Part shown: piece after piece, positions 50,820 through 54,686 of the stretch
Position numbering within the stretch: position 1 is the first letter of the stretch
How the letters are laid out: each line of letters opens with the position of its first letter
Assembly (NCBI GenBank): GCA_964570015.1
Contig: CAZMXF010000001.1
Coordinates: 1 to 54,686 of the forward strand
Reading direction: 5' to 3'
DNA: 54,686 bases
DNA from: an uncultured Oscillospiraceae bacterium
GTDB lineage: Bacteria > Bacillota > Clostridia > Oscillospirales > Oscillospiraceae
The notes under the pieces: generated by a model
Database searches by the model: none
What the model saw: the letters and a program-made list of their open reading frames with translations, nothing else
Told to the model about the DNA's origin: nothing
Translations under genes and position numbers: made by a program

Positions 50820-50853
50820 TTTCAGGCTCTCCTTTCAAGTTCATGAAATATAA

Positions 50854-51654
50854 TTAAACATACGAATACTTTTGTCCGAGATATACAGGAACAGTATCAT
50901 ACTCAATAGTCTTGATGTACTTATTACCCCATGCCATCTGTCCAATGTGTGCTTTGAAACGATTCTTATTGCCCCAACCTTCAACTGTTCCAAAGGTCGA
51001 GCTCTCAAGTCCAAGCATCGCTCGCCAGTCATTCCACTTGAGAAACGTGATTCGAGAAGCTTCATTTATTGCATCCAGCAGCTGACTTTCTGGAATCTTT
51101 ATGAAATGACCAATGAAAGTATCATAATATTCCGTCCCGTCCCATACAGTATCTTCATCAAACGGGGCTTTATCTGCAGCTTCAGTCGCCTGATCTTCAC
51201 GAACACCATTGATGATCTTCTGATACTCTTCGCTTCTGAGAACTTCTTTGGCTTTTGCTCCAAGTTTCTTGAGTTTATCCTCGCTTAGAGCTAATGCTGC
51301 TGCCAAACCCGCAATCTTTCGTCCATTCAGATAATTTGACAGGAACGACAGAGATCCCGCTCCTGCTGCTGAGAGAATAGCCCAGCGATAACTATAAGCA
51401 ACTTTCAGACCTGTTTCGATCTTCAGGTTCGTGATCTCTCTCTTTTTCTCATCTTCATCCTGTACCTGGGTTTCGATCTCCGCTTTGGAATACTCATACT
51501 CATTCTGAATCTCTGCTGTTCTCTTCGCTGCCTTGTAAGAGAAATATAATGTTGCTGCGATCCCTACGATGGATCCAATCGTGCAAATAGTCGGACCATT
51601 TTCGTCCAATAATTTTGCAAAACCGCCAAAGATCTTTGTTTCCTTGATTTTCAT
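50854..51654 (-). CDS. two-TM paralog family member 3
   Basis: 266 aa. Same layout as members 1 and 2 (..YKAAKRTAEIQNEYE.. ..SAAGAGSLSFLSNY..). Confidence 0.7.
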   Translation of the reverse strand: MKIKETKIFGGFAKLLDENGPTICTIGSIVGIAATLYFSYKAAKRTAEIQNEYEYSKAEIETQVQDEDEKKREITNLKIETGLKVAYSYRWAILSAAGAGSLSFLSNYLNGRKIAGLAAALALSEDKLKKLGAKAKEVLRSEEYQKIINGVREDQATEAADKAPFDEDTVWDGTEYYDTFIGHFIKIPESQLLDAINEASRITFLKWNDWRAMLGLESSTFGTVEGWGNKNRFKAHIGQMAWGNKYIKTIEYDTVPVYLGQKYSYV

Positions 51655-51665
51655 ATATAACCTCC

Positions 51666-52130
51666 TTAATATTCTCTATAGCTCTCATATGGAGCTGGTA
51701 TTGGTTCTATTACATAAACAGACTCTCCCATTTTTTCTGCTATCGAATCATTTCCAATTGTCAGAAGAGTCGTTTTAAGTTCGAGATTGCATGCGTAGTC
51801 TTCACTTGGTGAATATCCATAAAGATCACCAAAGTCAGACTCGGTTATATTCCAGAGACGATAGAGATCATTGTAATTTACGTAATTCCCTTCAAATCCG
51901 ACTTCTTCCTTCTGAATTTTATTCACGTCAGGATCTCCGAAATATAATTCTTTAAAAAACTTAATGCCTTCGTCGACAGCTTCAATACTGGCTCGAAACC
52001 ATCGTCCACCAAATCCATCATAACAAAGCTGATCACCAGAACCGGTATACTCAACACTTGGCCGGTTCATATATTTTCCCATCGGGGGTCCGCATCTCAT
52101 CGCTACATGTCTTGCTGTGCCCTTTTTCAT
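51666..52130 (-). CDS. hypothetical protein
   Basis: Start at ATG 52130, 9 nt after AAAGGAGAA. 154 aa. No motif was recognised. Confidence 0.6.
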   Translation of the reverse strand: MKKGTARHVAMRCGPPMGKYMNRPSVEYTGSGDQLCYDGFGGRWFRASIEAVDEGIKFFKELYFGDPDVNKIQKEEVGFEGNYVNYNDLYRLWNITESDFGDLYGYSPSEDYACNLELKTTLLTIGNDSIAEKMGESVYVIEPIPAPYESYREY

Positions 52131-52165
52131 TTGTGTGTTTTCTCCTTTCAAGTTAAAAAGTAAAA

Positions 52166-52220
52166 GGACAGCGCAACCTCTCTACACTGTCCTCATACTA
52201 AAAGCTGTGAAATTTACGAA
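52166..52220 (-). promoter_or_regulatory. type-1 motif copy E merged with a terminator hairpin
   Basis: Minus strand reads TTCGTAAATTTCACAGCTTTTAGTATGAGGACAGTGTAGAGAGG... GGACAG (52187-52192) pairs with CTGTCC (52166-52171), followed by TTTTACTTTTT. The TAA of TCGTAA is the stop codon of the 52214-52498 gene. Confidence 0.4.
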
Positions 52221-52498
52221 GTGGATTTGGCTTCTTTCATCGACTCGGAGGCCCAGTCACAGGCGTTATTCCAGGATACTATTGCTAAATCCATAACTCT
52301 GTGGAAATTTTTCTCGGTCTTCGGATAGTGAAAGACTGAGCATGGCCTATTCGTCAAAAGAGTTTCTGAACATTCCGCACATTTAATTTCCATCCTACCA
52401 TCAGACCAGGTAGCAAAGTCTGGTTTCTTCTTACAATACGGACACTTCTTGAGTTCGCCACGACGATTCTTAAAGCTGACTTTAAGTGTTTCGTTCAT
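52214..52498 (-). CDS. Lar-like zinc-ribbon protein (possible restriction alleviation)
   Basis: 94 aa. Contains ..KCPYCKKKPDF..IKCAEC.. and the C-terminal ..AIVSWNN.., as in Lar-family proteins I recall. Confidence 0.4.
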   Translation of the reverse strand: MNETLKVSFKNRRGELKKCPYCKKKPDFATWSDGRMEIKCAECSETLLTNRPCSVFHYPKTEKNFHRVMDLAIVSWNNACDWASESMKEAKSTS

Positions 52499-52709
52499 TT
52501 TCTACTCTCCTTTTCTTAATTTCATCTAAAGTATTAATATGATTCGAAGCTATATACTCTGGCAGCAAATTCATGGCCACCTCTATAGCTGTCAGTTTAT
52601 CCATACCTACTTTTTCAAGATCACGAAAAATCTCTTCACGTCTGATAGGATCTTTCTCGACATAGGTTTTAATGAGTTCCTGAATGTAATCGTCAAGCAT
52701 TCTTGTCAC
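52482..52709 (-). CDS. hypothetical protein
   Basis: 75-aa ORF. The start is ambiguous (GTG 52709 or ATG 52700). Confidence 0.5.
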   Translation of the reverse strand: MTRMLDDYIQELIKTYVEKDPIRREEIFRDLEKVGMDKLTAIEVAMNLLPEYIASNHINTLDEIKKRRVENERNT

Positions 52710-52884
52710 TCTTACCCGGATCGTAGAATATAATTAGTGCTTCCCTTGTAAGGCCCGTGCTTGTATACGAGCAGGAATTCACTTTATAGGTAGGATGTTC
52801 GTCGAGATACTTCTGAACCTGCTCTTTAACCGACACCTGATTCGTGATGTCCTGCACAAAATGTTCACAGATTTGTCTTGCCAT
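52693..52884 (-). CDS. hypothetical protein
   Basis: 63 aa with RBS AAGGAG. An AATTATATTT box lies 16 nt upstream. Confidence 0.55.
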   Translation of the reverse strand: MARQICEHFVQDITNQVSVKEQVQKYLDEHPTYKVNSCSYTSTGLTREALIIFYDPGKSDKNA

Positions 52885-52907
52885 TCATTTCTCCTTTCAA
52901 AATATAA

Positions 52908-53297
52908 TTAATAAATTTCATCGAAGTGGTATCCGTAAGCTGTTTTGTAGTCGCCGCTTTTATTTTTCTGATGAATAGCAGACCAAATATTAGCACCGCC
53001 TTTTTCCGGAACTCCAAGAGCTTTACATACGGCCTTGTATCCGTAATAGATCTCACCGGTGTCTTCATTCAGGATTTTTGTCCTTACTCTTTGGTCCATA
53101 GGGAAGCCTTCGAAATATTTGAGATACAGTAAAAAGATTCCTCTAGATGCTTTCCGATTGTTTGAACGATCACTTAGCGTCACAGCACCGTTTTTTCTGG
53201 GCTTAAGAATCCTTCCGGTTTTATTGTTTTTCACCTTTCTGGTATTGCTGATCGAATAGTTCGGATAGTCACTGATTACTTTCCACTCTTCTTTCAC
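52908..53297 (-). CDS. NUMOD4-domain protein (degenerate HNH homing-endonuclease-like)
   Basis: GTG 53297 forms a GTGA overlap with the upstream stop. The N-terminus reads KEEWKVISDYPNYSISNTRKVKN... No catalytic HNH histidines are recognisable downstream. Confidence 0.5.
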   Translation of the reverse strand: MKEEWKVISDYPNYSISNTRKVKNNKTGRILKPRKNGAVTLSDRSNNRKASRGIFLLYLKYFEGFPMDQRVRTKILNEDTGEIYYGYKAVCKALGVPEKGGANIWSAIHQKNKSGDYKTAYGYHFDEIY

Positions 53298-53596
53298 GCT
53301 CTCACAATCTCCCAATCATCAGTTTTAAAGATATCAGAGCTGAAGGTTCTCTCAAACGGTCCTATAGCATGATTTTCATATCTCGCACGAATCGCATAAA
53401 CACCATCATGCGGAATAATCTCCGTGACTTTTAGATAGTCCTTAAGGCAAGCCCCATTCTCCACGCAAGCGGTTTTCCGATAAAAGCGATCACCAACCTT
53501 AACAGGGCATTTGTAAACCCGCTCAGCTACTGCATCGTTCGGAATTCCAAACTCGTCGAGATAGGCATTAACAAACTTTTTCTTATTCTTGCTCAT
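53294..53596 (-). CDS. hypothetical protein
   Basis: Start at ATG 53596, 6 nt after AAAGGAGC. 100 aa. Confidence 0.55.
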   Translation of the reverse strand: MSKNKKKFVNAYLDEFGIPNDAVAERVYKCPVKVGDRFYRKTACVENGACLKDYLKVTEIIPHDGVYAIRARYENHAIGPFERTFSSDIFKTDDWEIVRA

Positions 53597-53598
53597 TG

Positions 53599-53877
53599 TC
53601 AAGCTCCTTTATTCTTTTCCTCGAATTTCATAGGAATTGGTGTTCCCTCGCGAGAGCCATACTCGAGGCATTCATTGCAAGGATCCAGGCGTTCGTCAAG
53701 TTTGTTATACTTACACTTCGGGCAATAAACATCGAACTTGACAACTTTATACTGCGTAGATTCGTTCATATATCTCCTTTCAAATTTTTTATATTTATTG
53801 CGTCTGCTTTTCTTGACAAGATCTAAATACCTCTCACGATCAAGCCCGAGAAACATCCGCAAGTCATTTGGTTCCAT
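53599..53877 (-). CDS. zinc-ribbon protein
   Basis: 92 aa. Contains ..YCPKCKYNKLDERLDPCNEC... Confidence 0.55.
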   Translation of the reverse strand: MEPNDLRMFLGLDRERYLDLVKKSRRNKYKKFERRYMNESTQYKVVKFDVYCPKCKYNKLDERLDPCNECLEYGSREGTPIPMKFEEKNKGA

Positions 53878-53887
53878 TAGGTCTCCT

Positions 53888-53931
53888 AAAAATAGATGAA
53901 GGGGAGTTAAAGCTGCCGCAGTCTCCCCTTC
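53888..53931 (-). terminator. intrinsic terminator
   Basis: GAAGGGGAG (53898-53906) pairs with CTCCCCTTC (53923-53931), followed on the minus strand by ATCTATTTTT. Confidence 0.6.
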
Positions 53932-53963
53932 TATAAGATTTTTGTATGGTAGAAATTATTTAA

Positions 53964-54392
53964 TCACGTATGCATTGAATCACCTCTTACTTTTTCCGCC
54001 TGAACAATCTCAATGAGTCTGTTCTGATAAAATTGAGCCTTCTTTAAATCCTCCAAGCCATTCTTCCACTCATAACGCCATAGATACTTGATGATGTTTC
54101 CTTTGAGGTAACCTTTGTACTCATCGTCAGTCATCGAAGCTCTGATGGCATCCAGGCATTCAATACCGCCTTTAGTATAATGGGGAGGATGATTTACCAT
54201 ATCAGTGAGTTTAACGTCGGATTCTTTGATAGAACCTTCTTTGATCTTTTCAGTTACGACACTTTCCATTGGATTTGAAGTTAAAATTTTTGGAATATAA
54301 TCTGCACAATAATTAACAGTTCCGGTATCGTATTTTGGCGCACAGCCGTTTAAATATTTGCAGCAGGTGGCACATATGGAATCACTTCTCAT
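53964..54392 (-). CDS. DUF3310-like phage protein with N-terminal Cys cluster
   Basis: Start at ATG 54392, 6 nt after GGAGG. Contains ..VNHPPHYTKGGIECLDAI.. and ..GNIIKYLWRYEWKNGLEDLKKA.., typical of DUF3310. Confidence 0.6.
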   Translation of the reverse strand: MRSDSICATCCKYLNGCAPKYDTGTVNYCADYIPKILTSNPMESVVTEKIKEGSIKESDVKLTDMVNHPPHYTKGGIECLDAIRASMTDDEYKGYLKGNIIKYLWRYEWKNGLEDLKKAQFYQNRLIEIVQAEKVRGDSMHT

Positions 54393-54528
54393 TCTCTTCC
54401 TCCAATACAAACTTCTCCGGAGCCGGCTCGTAGTCTATGCACTGATGAATCTTCGCTCCAGGAACTGAGGGGCAAGTTTTATTCTTAAAGAACTTGCAGT
54501 TGTCGCACAGGATCTCTTCGTTAGGCAT
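54382..54528 (-). CDS. 48-aa Cys-rich mini-protein
   Basis: Start at ATG 54528 (MPNEEILCDNCKFF..), overlapping the upstream stop as ATGCCTAA. Confidence 0.4.
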   Translation of the reverse strand: MPNEEILCDNCKFFKNKTCPSVPGAKIHQCIDYEPAPEKFVLEEENEK

Positions 54529-54673
54529 TTGCTTCAGCCCTCTTCTTTTTGAGGATCTCCCGGTGCATACGGATCTCATCCTTCAGAGTGGGAAGCATAA
54601 CAATTCCATTGCCCAGCCACCAGAGCTGCCTCTGATGATTTTTCTTGTTCTTACCTTTTGCTCTGTTTGACAT
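54521..54673 (-). CDS. 50-aa basic mini-protein (not in ORF track)
   Basis: ATG at 54673. The protein starts MSNRAKGKNKKNHQRQLWWLGNGIV... There are only 13 nt of upstream context in the window. Confidence 0.3.
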   Translation of the reverse strand: MSNRAKGKNKKNHQRQLWWLGNGIVMLPTLKDEIRMHREILKKKRAEANA

Positions 54674-54686
54674 TATTAATATCCTT

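Larger units (their letters stand above)
586..54686. mobile_element. integrated temperate prophage (siphovirus-like), left end at tRNA-Gly; right end beyond window
   Basis: Base composition shifts right after the tRNA. An integrase is transcribed toward the tRNA. Complete lysis, tail, head, packaging and replication modules all lie on the minus strand. Confidence 0.8.

Overview
The first ~590 nt are host chromosome. They hold the 3' end of an AGCS-family alanine/cation symporter gene, followed by a promoter, tRNA-Gly(CCC) and a terminator. Everything to the right is visibly more AT-rich and almost entirely minus-strand coded. It reads as a temperate siphovirus-like prophage integrated beside the tRNA and running off the right edge of the window. 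Strong GGAGG ribosome-binding sites and GTG/TTG starts fit a Firmicutes/Clostridia-type host (inference).

Gene order, left to right (transcription runs right to left):
- attL-side cargo, then a tyrosine integrase whose 3' end is interrupted by a complete IS1380-family element with a 5-bp target duplication.
- A lysis/lysogeny-end cassette with a structured non-coding locus.
- Tail genes: fibres, a metallophosphoesterase-bearing baseplate protein, Tal, Dit, a 2,286-aa tape measure and the major tail protein.
- Head genes: a protease-capsid fusion, portal and TerL.
- A split packaging module (TerS-like, HNH) with a cos-like site.
- A replication/early region.

Most interesting observations:
1. 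A 966-aa ORF at the replication/packaging junction carries the RxPxxH...DxDGD catalytic signature of a single-chain double-psi beta-barrel RNA polymerase (YonO/RdRP-like), fused to HTH modules.
2. Three families of strand-specific dispersed motifs partition the genome: a ~30-nt promoter-like block (5 copies), AATTATATTT (12 copies, early region only) and AATTCAAAATG (8 gene starts, late region only, three of them on mini-ORFs).
3. A ~160-nt structured locus with tRNA-like arms is bracketed by two copies of the promoter-like block.
4. A 26-bp inverted repeat encloses 108 bp just upstream of the packaging genes.
5. A 1,326-aa protein fuses an SF3 helicase, an AEP primase and a family-B DNA polymerase.
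6. An opposite-strand membrane/zinc-ribbon moron sits inside the packaging module.

All functional calls come from reading motifs by eye. No database search was run.
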